Origin: Thermodesulfobacteriota bacterium
Lineage (GTDB): Bacteria; Desulfobacterota_D; UBA1144; Nemesobacterales; JAJCZQ01
Length of the DNA stretch: 64,000 nucleotides
Assembly (NCBI GenBank): GCA_965215275.1
Contig: OZ244044.1
Location: forward strand, 1,600,001 to 1,664,000
Direction: 5' to 3'
Under the pieces are notes generated by a model that was given only the letters and a program-made list of their open reading frames with translations, searched no databases and was not told the origin of the DNA. The position numbers and the translations under genes were made by a program. Numbering within the stretch: the stretch's first letter is position 1; every line of letters begins with the position of its first letter. Shown in pieces: positions 39,786-50,104 of this stretch.

Positions 39786-40580
39786 CTATATCCCCGCTCT
39801 TACGTTATGGATAAACTCTCCAAGTCTGTTACCGGGACTTGAAGAGCTCATGAAAGTTTCTCCGATCAGAAAGGTACTTATACCAAGCCTCATCAGATCT
39901 CTGACCTGATAGGGATCGTTTATACCGCTTTCGCTTATCACGTGGACGTTATCCGGGACATATTTGATCAGATCCTCTGTTGTACCTGTATTTACCTCAA
40001 AAGTTTTCAGATCTCTGTTGTTTATACCGATGATCCGGCTTTCCGCCTTGATGGCTTTCTTGGTAAGTTCTTCTCTGTCGTGCACTTCAACTACTGCACT
40101 CATTCCAAGTTGATGGGTAACGTCCAGAAGTTCGGTTATCTGGGACAGCTCAAGTAACGAAGCGATCAGCAGTATTACGTCCGCACCATATAACCGTGCT
40201 TCGTAAACATGATAAGGGTCGATGGTAAAATCCTTTCTCAGAAGCGGCAGGTCTGTTCTTTCCCTTATACTTTGCAGATAGTCCAGCCTGCCTCCGAAAA
40301 ACCTTTCGTCGGTTAATACTGATAGTGCAAAAGCACCATTGCTTTTATAGGACATGGCGATCTTTACAGGATCAAAGTCACGACAGATAGTTCCCTTTGA
40401 GGGAGATCTTTTCTTGATCTCTGATATGATCTTCAGATCTTCATCTTCTGACATGAGGCCGTAGAAGTCCCTAGGGGGTGGAAGCTTTTTTATTTCTTTT
40501 TCTATCTCTGTCAGGGTATGCAGCTGCACCGAGCGTTTAAGTTCGGACCTCTTATGCTCAATAATGTCGTCAAGGATCAT
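39786..40580 (-). CDS. trpC: Indole-3-glycerol phosphate synthase
   Basis: EIKKRSPSKG, LRKDF, GINNRDL, SESGI. Confidence 0.96.
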   Translation of the reverse strand: MILDDIIEHKRSELKRSVQLHTLTEIEKEIKKLPPPRDFYGLMSEDEDLKIISEIKKRSPSKGTICRDFDPVKIAMSYKSNGAFALSVLTDERFFGGRLDYLQSIRERTDLPLLRKDFTIDPYHVYEARLYGADVILLIASLLELSQITELLDVTHQLGMSAVVEVHDREELTKKAIKAESRIIGINNRDLKTFEVNTGTTEDLIKYVPDNVHVISESGINDPYQVRDLMRLGISTFLIGETFMSSSSPGNRLGEFIHNVRAGI

Positions 40581-40585
40581 TTGTA

Positions 40586-41611
40586 TTACTGTTTCCAGTC
40601 GTTTGTGAATTTCACCAGAGCTTCCAGTTTTTTCATGGCACTGCCGCTGTCGATCGACTCTTTTGCAAGATCGACCGCTTCACTGAACTCTGAAACCGTA
40701 TCGGATACAAAGACAGCAGCGGCTGCGTTCAGCAGAGCGGCGTCTCTTTTAGCTCCTTTGTCTTTGCCGTTCAGAACGTCCAGGAGTATATCTGCGTTCT
40801 CTTTGCTGGTTTTGCCTCCAAGGACCTCTGACAGTTTATGTTTTTTGAAATTGAACTCCCTTGGGTCAAGCAGTTTTGTTTTAACTATACCGTCTTTTAA
40901 CTCCGCAATCGACGTGGAACCGGTAACGGTGATCTCGTCCATGGAATCGGTTCCATGAACAACGAGTACGTGCCTGGAACCTAAGTTCCTCAGCACTTTG
41001 GCAACGGGTTCGATCAGAAATTCATCATACACCCCTATGATCTGATGTTTAACGCTTGCGGGATTTATAATTGGTCCGATCAGGTTAAAGACGGTTCTGA
41101 TACCTATCTCTTTTCTTACTTTAGCGACGTTTTTCATTGCCGGGTGATAGACAGGGGCGAACAGGAACGTGATCCCCGTTTCCTGAAGACATTTTTCCGC
41201 TCCGGCAGGGCTTATATCGATCTTTACACCGAGTTCTTCAAGTACGTCGGCACTGCCTACATAGCTGGAAACGGACCTGTTGCCGTGCTTGGCTACCGGA
41301 ACCCCGGCACCTGCAGCCACGAACGAAGCTGCGGTTGAAATATTGAACGTTCCCTGGGTATCTCCTCCCGTTCCGCATAGGTCGACGACATTGTCGTATG
41401 AATGATCGATCTTGACTGCCTTATCTGTCATGACCTTTGCGATGCCTGTGATCTCCTGTATGGTCTCTCCCTTGATCCTCAGGGCAACGAGGAATGCCGC
41501 GATCTGACTATCGGTCAGTTCGCCGTTCATCATCCGTTCAAATATAGGTGAGATCTCAGATTCTTCTATATCCAGCCTGTTCACCAACGCTGATATCGTC
41601 TCACTTATCAT
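40586..41611 (-). CDS. trpD: Anthranilate phosphoribosyltransferase
   Basis: GTGGD..TFNIST, KHGNRS, GSADVLE; start 41611 or 41632. Confidence 0.96.
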   Translation of the reverse strand: MISETISALVNRLDIEESEISPIFERMMNGELTDSQIAAFLVALRIKGETIQEITGIAKVMTDKAVKIDHSYDNVVDLCGTGGDTQGTFNISTAASFVAAGAGVPVAKHGNRSVSSYVGSADVLEELGVKIDISPAGAEKCLQETGITFLFAPVYHPAMKNVAKVRKEIGIRTVFNLIGPIINPASVKHQIIGVYDEFLIEPVAKVLRNLGSRHVLVVHGTDSMDEITVTGSTSIAELKDGIVKTKLLDPREFNFKKHKLSEVLGGKTSKENADILLDVLNGKDKGAKRDAALLNAAAAVFVSDTVSEFSEAVDLAKESIDSGSAMKKLEALVKFTNDWKQ

Positions 41612-42056
41612 TTTGCTGTTCTCCTTGTTCAAATGCCAGTTTAACCTTGTCTATAACCCCGTTGATAAACGAGCCCGATTCGCCGGTCCCGTATTTTTTA
41701 GCGATATCCACTGCCTCGTTTATTGTAACGGCGTAAGGTATGTTGCTCATCTCGGTCATTTCATAGACGGCGATCCTTAAAACGTTCCGGTCTATCCTGG
41801 ACATCCTGGATATTTTCCAGTTATCTGAATGCTGTGAAATGATCTTATCAATGCGTTCAATGTTCGCACACACGCCCTTTACCAGAAAGACCATAAATTC
41901 TTTTATATCTTTATCAGCAGGGAGGTTATCTATAATAGAAAAGTTTTTTAACTCTCCATCAACGTCTAATTTCTGTTTATTTTTATCACGTGAAAGGATA
42001 TCTATCTGATAAAGAAATTTCAGTGCTTGTTCTCTGGCAAGCCTTCGTTTTCCCAT
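41601..42056 (-). CDS. nusB: Transcription antitermination factor NusB
   Basis: RRLAREQAL, DRNVLR, INEAV, FINGVID. Confidence 0.95.
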   Translation of the reverse strand: MGKRRLAREQALKFLYQIDILSRDKNKQKLDVDGELKNFSIIDNLPADKDIKEFMVFLVKGVCANIERIDKIISQHSDNWKISRMSRIDRNVLRIAVYEMTEMSNIPYAVTINEAVDIAKKYGTGESGSFINGVIDKVKLAFEQGEQQNDK

Positions 42057-42065
42057 TGTGGATGG

Positions 42066-42527
42066 TTATAACGATCTGGCAAGATTTGCCATCTCGATTG
42101 CCGATAAAGCGGCGTCACTTCCTCTGTTACCCCCTTTGACTCCTGCTCTGTCGATCGCCTCTTCAACGCTTCCTGTTGTGAGAACACCAAGGGCCACCGG
42201 AACCTCGACGTCCAGAGCTACCCTGGCAAGATCGCTTGTAACCTGAGCGGCAAGGACCTCATAATGTATCGTCTGTCCTTTTATAATGGAACCAATGGCG
42301 ATCACGGCCTCATATTTTTTTGTATTAGCTGCTTTCAGAACGGCAAGTGGCAGCTCGAACGATCCGGGGACCCTTATGAGGTCAATGTCGGATTCCAGAG
42401 CACCGTGTCTTAGCAGCGTACTGTTCGCACCCTCTACGAGCTGCTTGGTTATCAGTTCGTTAACTCTGCTTGCCACTATGGCGAACCTGAGTCCTTCTGC
42501 GTTTAATGAGCCTTCTTTTATGTTCAT
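42066..42527 (-). CDS. ribH: Lumazine synthase
   Basis: VPGSFELP, GVLTT, KGGNRG. Confidence 0.93.
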   Translation of the reverse strand: MNIKEGSLNAEGLRFAIVASRVNELITKQLVEGANSTLLRHGALESDIDLIRVPGSFELPLAVLKAANTKKYEAVIAIGSIIKGQTIHYEVLAAQVTSDLARVALDVEVPVALGVLTTGSVEEAIDRAGVKGGNRGSDAALSAIEMANLARSL

Positions 42528-42576
42528 ACGTTCGTCGTTACCCCTTTTTTATCCAGATAATAACTGAATAAAATAT

Positions 42577-43749
42577 TTATCCGCTTATTTTCTTCAGTTC
42601 AATAAAGTTATATTCCCCTTCAGACGTCATAATGGGAACCCTCTCCACTATCTTTATACCGAACCCTTCCAGACCTTTGACCTTCATCGGATTATTTGTC
42701 AGAAGTCTGATCTTCTTTACGTTCAGGTCACGCAGGATCTGTGCACCGATCCCGTAGTTCCTCAGTTCGTTCTTAAGTTCGTGATGATTTTTACCATTTA
42801 GCGGATCGGGTATCGTTCCGTTCTCTGCATGGTTTTTTACCTTGTTAACAAGACCGTTACTGTAGCTCTCGGACCTTATGTAGAGTATGACTCCCGTGCC
42901 TTCGTCTTCCATCATCTTCATGGCACTGGTCAGCTTTGGTTTATCATCAAAGTTCAGGGCGTTAAAAACGTCGCTGATAAGACACTCGGAATGAACTCTG
43001 ACAAGTATTTCTCTGTCAGGGTCTATATCCCCTTTCACAAGAGCAACGTGATGGGCACGATTGATCTCACTTTCATAAACCATTGATTTGAAGGTCCCGC
43101 ACTCGGTAAGCAGTTCCGTCTGTGCGACCTTATTGACCAGGGTTTCATTCTCCAGTCTGTAGCTGATTATGTCCGCAATGGTCGCGATCTTTATATCGTG
43201 CTTTTTTGCAAATCTTTTAAGGTCTTCAAGTCTTGCCATATTACCGTCATCTTTCATGATCTCACATATGACGGATGCCGGCTTGAGTCCCGCGATCCTT
43301 GCCAGGTCCACCGACCCTTCAGTATGTCCGGCTCTGACGAGTACTCCACCTTTTCTTGCTATTAGAGGGAAAACATGGCCGGGTCTTATGAAGTCCTGAG
43401 GCTTTGACCCTTCCGAAATAGCAAGCTCAACGGTTAATGCTCTGTCGAAAGCGGAGATGCCCGTTGTAACGCCTCGTACGGCATCTATTGGTACGGTAAA
43501 CGCCGTATATTCTGATATATTACTGTTCTCTGGCTTGATAAGCTGCAGAGAAAGTCTGTCGGCGTTCTCCTTGGTCATGGTGAGACAGATCAGTCCCCTG
43601 CCGTGCGTTGCCATAAAGTTAATGACTTCTGCCGTTGCATATTCTGCTGCAACTACAAGGTCGCCTTCGTTCTCCCGGTCTTCGTCGTCGACCAGTATCA
43701 CTACCTTGCCATTTTTAATATCTTCGATTGCTTTTTTTATATCCACCAT
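42577..43749 (-). CDS. ribBA: DHBP synthase fused to a degenerate GTP cyclohydrolase II domain (RibBA/RibBX)
   Basis: DDEDRENEGD, RAGHTE, ICEI; RVHSEC present but CDC and QEGRG motifs lost. Confidence 0.88.
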   Translation of the reverse strand: MVDIKKAIEDIKNGKVVILVDDEDRENEGDLVVAAEYATAEVINFMATHGRGLICLTMTKENADRLSLQLIKPENSNISEYTAFTVPIDAVRGVTTGISAFDRALTVELAISEGSKPQDFIRPGHVFPLIARKGGVLVRAGHTEGSVDLARIAGLKPASVICEIMKDDGNMARLEDLKRFAKKHDIKIATIADIISYRLENETLVNKVAQTELLTECGTFKSMVYESEINRAHHVALVKGDIDPDREILVRVHSECLISDVFNALNFDDKPKLTSAMKMMEDEGTGVILYIRSESYSNGLVNKVKNHAENGTIPDPLNGKNHHELKNELRNYGIGAQILRDLNVKKIRLLTNNPMKVKGLEGFGIKIVERVPIMTSEGEYNFIELKKISG

Positions 43750-43999
43750 TTTTTCTTGGTTTTTCCACTGTGTTCCCGCGTCTTGCCTGAAGCGGTTTTA
43801 CACGGTAAAAGATAAATTGTAATACACCTAAATGATATTGTATGCTGAAGTTTTGTCAATTATTTCTGACTTCTTGCAATAATCAGATCTTTCTTTGCAG
43901 AAGCGTTCATTCAGTCGGTGGTTTTACAGATGGGATTTCTCTTGACATCTTTTTCCGTAGATGTATCGTTTGTGTAGTTTTACTTACGGAGCGTGAAAA

Positions 44000-44182
44000 A
44001 TGTCAGATGAATTCCATTTTATTCAGTTTGTTCAGGAAGAGGAAACGGATCATGAAGAGGGTTTCTACGAGGACGTTGATGATCTTTTAGGGGAGGAGGG
44101 TTTCGAGTATGAAGACTGGGACGAAGGTCCTGAACTCGAAGATGATGCAGTAAAGGAAGAGCAGGAAATACTGCTTCATTAG
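44000..44182 (+). CDS. Small highly acidic hypothetical protein
   Basis: GGAG RBS; TTGACA at 43942; 26 of 60 residues are D/E. Confidence 0.5.
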   Translation: MSDEFHFIQFVQEEETDHEEGFYEDVDDLLGEEGFEYEDWDEGPELEDDAVKEEQEILLH

Positions 44183-44251
44183 TCAGAACGTTCTCTCATC
44201 GATCACTCTGTTCCCATCCGAAACTCGACCTGTATTTCCGTGTTGAAAGAC

Positions 44252-45721
44252 CTACCTTTGCCCCATTATATAGTTCATTATCGTTCTTACTCCAAAGCCT
44301 GTACCTCCTGAAGGATAGACCTCGTTCCCGTCATTTAAATACGCGGGTCCGGCGATATCCATATGTATCCAGTGCTTTTGTGAGACGAAATGTTCTAGAA
44401 ATAACGCTGCCGTGATTGCCCCGCCCCATCTGCTGCCGACGTGTTTTACATCTGCGATCTTGCTTTTGAGCTCTTTTTTCAATTCATCATCAAGGGGCAG
44501 TTGCCACATTTTCTCACCCACGTTTTCCGCTGCTTTTAAAACGTCATCGATGAACGGCTGGTTATTTCCCATAACTCCAGCTGTGTAGCTTCCAAGGCCA
44601 ACGATACATGCCCCGGTCAACGTTGCCATATCTATTATCTCGTCCGCCTTTAGTTTTTTTACCGCGTAACTCAGAGCGTCGGACAGGATCAATCTGCCCT
44701 CTGCGTCCGTGTTTATTACCTCAATTGACTTACCGTTCATAGCATAGATCACGTCGTCCGGCTTATAGGCGTCACCTCCCGTCATGTTCTCCGTTGTGGG
44801 AACGAGCCCGTGGACCTTTATCTTTGGCCGCAGTTTAGATACGGCTTTCATTATCCCTATGACCGCTGCCGCTCCCGCCATGTCCATTTTCATCGTAAGC
44901 ATTGAATCTGCCGGTTTGAGGCACAGACCGCCTGAGTCAAAGGTAATCCCCTTGCCTACAACTGCCAGGGTTTTTGAATATTTCGGTGGTGAGTAGGTCA
45001 TACTTATGAACTTGGGAGGCTGGGTACTTCCGCGGGACACGGCGTACAGTGCTCCCATTTTCATCTCCAGGATCTCCTCTTTGTTGTATATCTTCACTTC
45101 GATATTCCCCTCTTCAGCCAACGATTCTGCAATTTCTGCCAGCCTGGAGGGGGTCAGATATACAGGTGGTTCGTTGACAACGTTCCTTGCCAGGCTTACC
45201 GAATCGGACATTTCAGCGGCAAACGCTCTTTCCCTTTCAAAGGTTTTGGGATTGAGGGTCTTTGAATATATATAAGTATTTCTTATGAGGGCCGTTTTAT
45301 CTGCAGTTTTATATTTACTGAACTTATAGCTTCCCTGAATAAGTCCTTCAATGGCAGATGATAGAACGTTCCTTCTGTTCGGCAGTTCATACACGACTTT
45401 AATATCGGTATCTTTTGCCAGCAGTTTTTTTCCAACGGAGGCGAACGACCTGTAACAGGAACTTATGGAGAATTCTTTACTTGATCCCAGACCTGCCACG
45501 AGGATGGACCTGGATCTCAGGGTTCCGATGGTATCCAGGGTCAGGATAGTTCCTTTTTCTCCTTTGAACTCGGTGGCTTTGGCTTTTTTTGATATTGCAC
45601 TTCCAATCCTGTTGTCTGTTTTTTTCAGTTCGCCTGAAAATGGTTTATCGGAAAATTTAGTGAAGATCAGCACGTCGCTGTCATAGTTTAGATATCCCTC
45701 TTTTTTTAGAGAAAGGTTCAT
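44252..45721 (-). CDS. pepA: Leucyl aminopeptidase (M17)
   Basis: GKGITFDSGG, MKMDMAG, NTDAEGRL. Confidence 0.95.
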   Translation of the reverse strand: MNLSLKKEGYLNYDSDVLIFTKFSDKPFSGELKKTDNRIGSAISKKAKATEFKGEKGTILTLDTIGTLRSRSILVAGLGSSKEFSISSCYRSFASVGKKLLAKDTDIKVVYELPNRRNVLSSAIEGLIQGSYKFSKYKTADKTALIRNTYIYSKTLNPKTFERERAFAAEMSDSVSLARNVVNEPPVYLTPSRLAEIAESLAEEGNIEVKIYNKEEILEMKMGALYAVSRGSTQPPKFISMTYSPPKYSKTLAVVGKGITFDSGGLCLKPADSMLTMKMDMAGAAAVIGIMKAVSKLRPKIKVHGLVPTTENMTGGDAYKPDDVIYAMNGKSIEVINTDAEGRLILSDALSYAVKKLKADEIIDMATLTGACIVGLGSYTAGVMGNNQPFIDDVLKAAENVGEKMWQLPLDDELKKELKSKIADVKHVGSRWGGAITAALFLEHFVSQKHWIHMDIAGPAYLNDGNEVYPSGGTGFGVRTIMNYIMGQR

Positions 45722-45998
45722 TTGTGGACCTCCTGAATTTGTTATTTCGCAGATTTTGAACGTTATGGTTTTCCGCGATATTCTGTTCTTCTGCAGCTGC
45801 TTTTTATTACTTAAAGTATAACCGTAATGTTGCCTTGATGATATTTATAATCCGCAAAGGAACGATTATAATATTTTCACGAAGGACAGAGATAGGGATA
45901 GACAAAGAGCGTATGTACGAACTGCTTACGGTTAACACTGGACGGGTTTTACAGAAGTGCATATATAGTTCTGAAGACGTTAAAACTGAACGCCGCTT

Positions 45999-46376
45999 AT
46001 GGTTAAGAGAAAAAGGGCATTAATACTGATAGATCACGGCAGTAAAGTAAGAGAGGCCAACGACCTGCTTGTAAAGGTCAGGGAAAAGCTTCTGAGCAGT
46101 CCGGCCTGTAAATTCGATATTGTGGAACACTGTCACATGGAGCTTGCCTCTCCCACTTTGGAAGACGCTTTTTCAGTTTGCGTCAGTTCAGGTGCGGAGG
46201 AGATAGTGGTACATCCGTATTTTCTGGCACCGGGCAGGCATTCAAAGACCGATATACCAGAAATGGTAAAAGAAGCTTTGATCAAGTTCCCGGACGTTGA
46301 GTGTAAAATAACGGAGCCGCTGGGGTTACATGATAAAATTATAGAAGTTATCATTCAGCGTGCCGACCTTTGCTGA
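45999..46376 (+). CDS. CbiX/SirB-type chelatase, short form
   Basis: IDHGS, MELASP, PYFLAPGRH. Confidence 0.85.
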   Translation: MVKRKRALILIDHGSKVREANDLLVKVREKLLSSPACKFDIVEHCHMELASPTLEDAFSVCVSSGAEEIVVHPYFLAPGRHSKTDIPEMVKEALIKFPDVECKITEPLGLHDKIIEVIIQRADLC

Positions 46377-46390
46377 TATACGGTTTTATA

Positions 46391-47128
46391 ATGAAAAAGT
46401 ACTCAGACGTTATATTCGATCTTTTTGACACGCTGATATTGTTTCGGCCTGAACTCCTCCCAAAGATTGAAGTTAACGGCAGGGAGAGTTTTTCAACGGG
46501 TAAAGACGTTTACAGGATCTTCACGAGATATTTTAAAAACTACGGATTTAATGAGTTTTACGACCATTTTGTAAGGAGCTATCAAAAGTTTCAGGAACTA
46601 AAGAACGCGGACAACAGAGAATATCCTACAAGAAAAAGATTTGAGATCATGCTTGGAGGTATGGACGTTCCTGGTTATGATACTGACGTTCTGCAGGAAC
46701 TTGTCGTTTCTCATATGAGGTCACTTTCGCGTTCCATGGTATTTCCACAAGGATACAAAGCTGTTCTCTCTGAGCTTGCAAAGAGGGGTTACAGACTTTC
46801 CATACTGTCTAATTTCGATTGTTCCAGAACGGCTTATGACTTGCTGAAGCTGTACAAGATGATCCACCACTTTGACCATATATTTATTTCAGAGGATATA
46901 GGATGGAGAAAGCCGAGTCCCAGGGCATTTGAGCACGTTACCAGGACCCTGAACGTTCGTGTGGAAGATGCAGTATATATAGGGGATGATTATGAACGCG
47001 ACATCATTGGTGCCTGCAGGTCTAATATCGACAGCATATTGATCGATCCAGACAACAGAAGGGTATCGTGTTCACCTGCGTTTGCTTCGGTAACCCGGTT
47101 CGATCAGATCCTGAACGTGTTGCCCTGA
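46391..47128 (+). CDS. HAD-superfamily hydrolase
   Basis: FDLFDTL, LSN, RKP, IGDD..RD (ORF track starts at 46370). Confidence 0.88.
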   Translation: MKKYSDVIFDLFDTLILFRPELLPKIEVNGRESFSTGKDVYRIFTRYFKNYGFNEFYDHFVRSYQKFQELKNADNREYPTRKRFEIMLGGMDVPGYDTDVLQELVVSHMRSLSRSMVFPQGYKAVLSELAKRGYRLSILSNFDCSRTAYDLLKLYKMIHHFDHIFISEDIGWRKPSPRAFEHVTRTLNVRVEDAVYIGDDYERDIIGACRSNIDSILIDPDNRRVSCSPAFASVTRFDQILNVLP

Positions 47129-47221
47129 TGTCTGAGAGATACCGCCTTAAAGATTTGAAAATTTATTTATGGAAGTATGGATAAATTGTAATATCTTAAT
47201 GATGATCATAAGATTTTAAAA

Positions 47222-48925
47222 ATGGGCCGGATATTTTTAATCACTATATATGCTTCGTTGATCTTTTTATGTACCGCAGAATATAAAAGCGTTAATACTG
47301 CGGCCGCTCCTGCGGAAAAAACGCTGTCAGCGGAACTGCGTGTTTTATTGAACGATTCCCTTGAAAGCAAAAATATAACCTTTGGGGATAAGGTCTATCA
47401 GGCGTCTCCGCTGCTGAACAAACTCTATAAGTCCCGGCAGTACAACCTCATCTGGTTTAAGGAGGATATGAGTTCCGGTGAGTACCTGTCTCCAGGCAGG
47501 CACCTGTTCTCTTATCTGGAGGTACTGAGGGATTCAAAACTGGAAGGTCTGGATCCGAATTTCTACGATATTGAAAGTATTGAGAAAAATATCAATGAGA
47601 TGAAAGACCTGGAAGGGGACATCTTAAGATCAAGGGCGGTCCAGGTCGATCTGCTGATCTCTAACTCCAATATTTCCTATTTTATTGACCTTCTGTACGG
47701 GAGGTACGAGGTAGCCAGTAATTTTATAGAAAGAGACTACTTTGAATCCTATATAGATATTATTGCACTGATCGACAGGGCAGTATCGGAAAATAATTTT
47801 TCTGGTGCCGTAAGGGCACTGTTGCCTGACAGTTATTTCTACCATGCCCTGAAGAGATCTTTGATCAGATATGAAAATATAAAGGAAAATGGCGGATTGC
47901 ACCCCATACCTTTAGGTGAGAATTTACAACTTGGAGTATATGACGTCAGGGTCGTCTTCTTAAAGCATCGCTTATATACAACTGGAGACATTGATTTCAA
48001 ATTGAACGAGGAAGGGAAGCGGTATCTTAACGACCCGTTGTTCGATTACCGTTTGATTAAAGCAGTGAAACGCTTTCAAAGACGTCATGGGTTAAAAGCG
48101 GACAGCGTGGTTGGTGAAAATACTATTGCGGCAATGAACGTTCCGCTGAGTGAAAAGATAGACTCTATAAAAAGAAATCTGGATATATGGAGAAAACTGC
48201 CTCGGAATTTTGGAGATAGATATGTTATGGTCAACATTCCCGTGTTCAGGCTTTTTGCCGTTAAGGACAATACGCCCGTTTTGGAGATGAGTGCCATAGT
48301 GGGTACTCCCGACTGGAATACTCCCGTGTTGATCGATGATATAGAGTATGTGGCGATCAACCCTTACTGGAACATTCCAAAAAGCATATTTTCAGAGGAG
48401 GTATTACCCATTATCCGTAGTGACCCGAGCTATTTGGCAAAGGCAAATTTAGAAGTTCTTTCACTTGAAACTGACATAGTGCAGAAGGACTATTCGTGGG
48501 ACTGGTCCGAGGTTGATCCGGAGAATTTTAACTACAGGTTAAGACAGTTGCCGGGAGGTACGAACCCGCTTGGCAAGTTGAAGTTCCTTTTTCCCAATAA
48601 ATACAATGTGTACCTGCATGACACACCACACAGGCAGTTTTTTGACCAGCTTGATAAGAAACTGAGCCATGGGTGCATCAGGGTCGAAAAACCTGTCCAG
48701 CTGGCAGAGTTTATATTTGATTATGACAGCGAGTGGAATGCCGAAGTTATAAGGTCTCAGATCGACTCCGGACAGTCGTGGGAGATTCAGTTAGATCGGT
48801 CTGTGCCGGTGTACATAGTGTATTTTACGACCTGGGTGGGAGATGATGGTCTGACCTATTTCAGTGACGATTTCTATAATTTCTTAACCCCTGTCCAGGA
48901 AGTCCAAGAAGTCCAGGAAAATTAA
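47222..48925 (+). CDS. L,D-transpeptidase, YcbB/LdtD-like, with peptidoglycan-binding domain
   Basis: AVKRFQRRHGL, NPYWNIP, VYLHDTP, SHGCIRV. Confidence 0.92.
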   Translation: MGRIFLITIYASLIFLCTAEYKSVNTAAAPAEKTLSAELRVLLNDSLESKNITFGDKVYQASPLLNKLYKSRQYNLIWFKEDMSSGEYLSPGRHLFSYLEVLRDSKLEGLDPNFYDIESIEKNINEMKDLEGDILRSRAVQVDLLISNSNISYFIDLLYGRYEVASNFIERDYFESYIDIIALIDRAVSENNFSGAVRALLPDSYFYHALKRSLIRYENIKENGGLHPIPLGENLQLGVYDVRVVFLKHRLYTTGDIDFKLNEEGKRYLNDPLFDYRLIKAVKRFQRRHGLKADSVVGENTIAAMNVPLSEKIDSIKRNLDIWRKLPRNFGDRYVMVNIPVFRLFAVKDNTPVLEMSAIVGTPDWNTPVLIDDIEYVAINPYWNIPKSIFSEEVLPIIRSDPSYLAKANLEVLSLETDIVQKDYSWDWSEVDPENFNYRLRQLPGGTNPLGKLKFLFPNKYNVYLHDTPHRQFFDQLDKKLSHGCIRVEKPVQLAEFIFDYDSEWNAEVIRSQIDSGQSWEIQLDRSVPVYIVYFTTWVGDDGLTYFSDDFYNFLTPVQEVQEVQEN

Positions 48926-49231
48926 AAAAAGGTTTCCTGTCTTTTTATAAACACCTTGGAAGAAACTGCTGTTTAATGAATGGGGATCATCTGCTTGATT
49001 ACCCAGAAATTTAAATTACTTCTCTGCACTGACCTTGAAGTTTTGACCGGGTCGTTCAGCAAGGAAATTATTCTTGACATTCATTCAGGATACAAAGTAG
49101 AATAAAATAGTTATGAACATGTTATTCAGAGCAATACCCCCCCCCCTTATAATTCAGTAATTCCCCTTTTCTTTCTTCTTTGCCTTGTATCCGTTGAGGC
49201 ATATGGCCAGATTAATAATTGTGACTCCAGT
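48846..49231 (+). repeat. Duplicated segment copy 1 (3' end of Ldt gene, promoter, signal-peptide region); copy 2 at about 50105-50474
   Basis: High nucleotide similarity from ATGGTCTGACCTATTTCAGTGA to GAGGCATATGG.CAGAT.AATAA.TGTGAC. Confidence 0.9.
49137..49146 (+). repeat. Poly-C tract (C10) frameshifting the signal peptide of locus 2
   Basis: ATG49113 MNMLFRAIPPPLIIQ*; C11 or C8 gives ...PYNSVIPLFFLLCLVSVEAYG-QINNCD in frame with 49265..50050. Confidence 0.85.
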
Positions 49232-49264
49232 GCAGATATTGAAGCTACGCTGCAACTGGACGGA

Positions 49265-50050
49265 ATGGAAAGTCGCTATACTTTAGCAGATGCCAATGAC
49301 CTGGATTATTTTCAGATAGAGGTAACAGGTTCTGTTATGGTAGATATAGAGGTAGTCATGGTAGTTGCGGCTTTACCGACAGACTACAGGTTACAGTTGT
49401 GTGACAGCAATGATGATCTGATAGCCAGTGATACTGATGATTTAATTCTGAACGTTATGGATCAGCTTGAACCGGGAACGTACTATATCGTTATGGGAAA
49501 CAGCAGAGGTGTCGCATTATACGATATTGCAGTAATGGGTACCATAATTAATCCACCTGATCCTGACCCTAACATACCAACCTTTGGCAGTGAAACGATA
49601 GATGATCAGGATTACATAGCAGGGAATCCAATAACACCAGTAACTCTGCCTGCTGCAACGGGAGGGGATGGAGCATTAACATACAGCCTGACTCCTGCAT
49701 TACCAACCGGACTGGATTTTAACGCAGGTACTCGAGAGATAAGCGGGACACCCACTACTGTAACGAGCAGGACTACTTATACATATACTGTAACAGACGA
49801 TGACGGAGATACGGATGATTTGAACTTCAGGATCAGTGTAGAGGTTCCTCCTGCTCCGCCACCGCCAGGACCGACACCAACACCACGAAGACCGACAACA
49901 TCAGGTACTGATACAGGCGGAGGTGGAGGATGTGCGGTCTCCGATCAGAGCAACGTTGTTCCTGATCTGCTCGGAGCAGTGGCATGTCTGATGCTTATAC
50001 CCGTGTCAGTAGTGATCAGAAGGAAGATAATGTCTCAGATAAATATGTAG
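49265..50050 (+). CDS. Surface protein with a PPC-like beta domain, one Ig-like repeat and GGGC-TM-basic tail; true start probably 49113 across the poly-C tract
   Basis: DLDYFQIEV...LEPGTYYI; LPTGLDFN..TREISGTP; GGGGGCAVSDQS...RRK. Confidence 0.78.
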   Translation: MESRYTLADANDLDYFQIEVTGSVMVDIEVVMVVAALPTDYRLQLCDSNDDLIASDTDDLILNVMDQLEPGTYYIVMGNSRGVALYDIAVMGTIINPPDPDPNIPTFGSETIDDQDYIAGNPITPVTLPAATGGDGALTYSLTPALPTGLDFNAGTREISGTPTTVTSRTTYTYTVTDDDGDTDDLNFRISVEVPPAPPPPGPTPTPRRPTTSGTDTGGGGGCAVSDQSNVVPDLLGAVACLMLIPVSVVIRRKIMSQINM

Positions 50051-50104
50051 CAACGCGGTCTTTTCCAGGATGTTAAACTAACTAATATTTTTCCCATCAG
50101 AATA

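Noticed and set aside
43750..43990. FMN riboswitch upstream of ribBA
   Set aside because: Conserved RFN motifs were not recognisable on the minus strand.
48893..48920. 9-bp repeat x3 (VQE) at the Ldt C-terminus
   Set aside because: In-frame micro-expansion at the extreme C-terminus, probably neutral.
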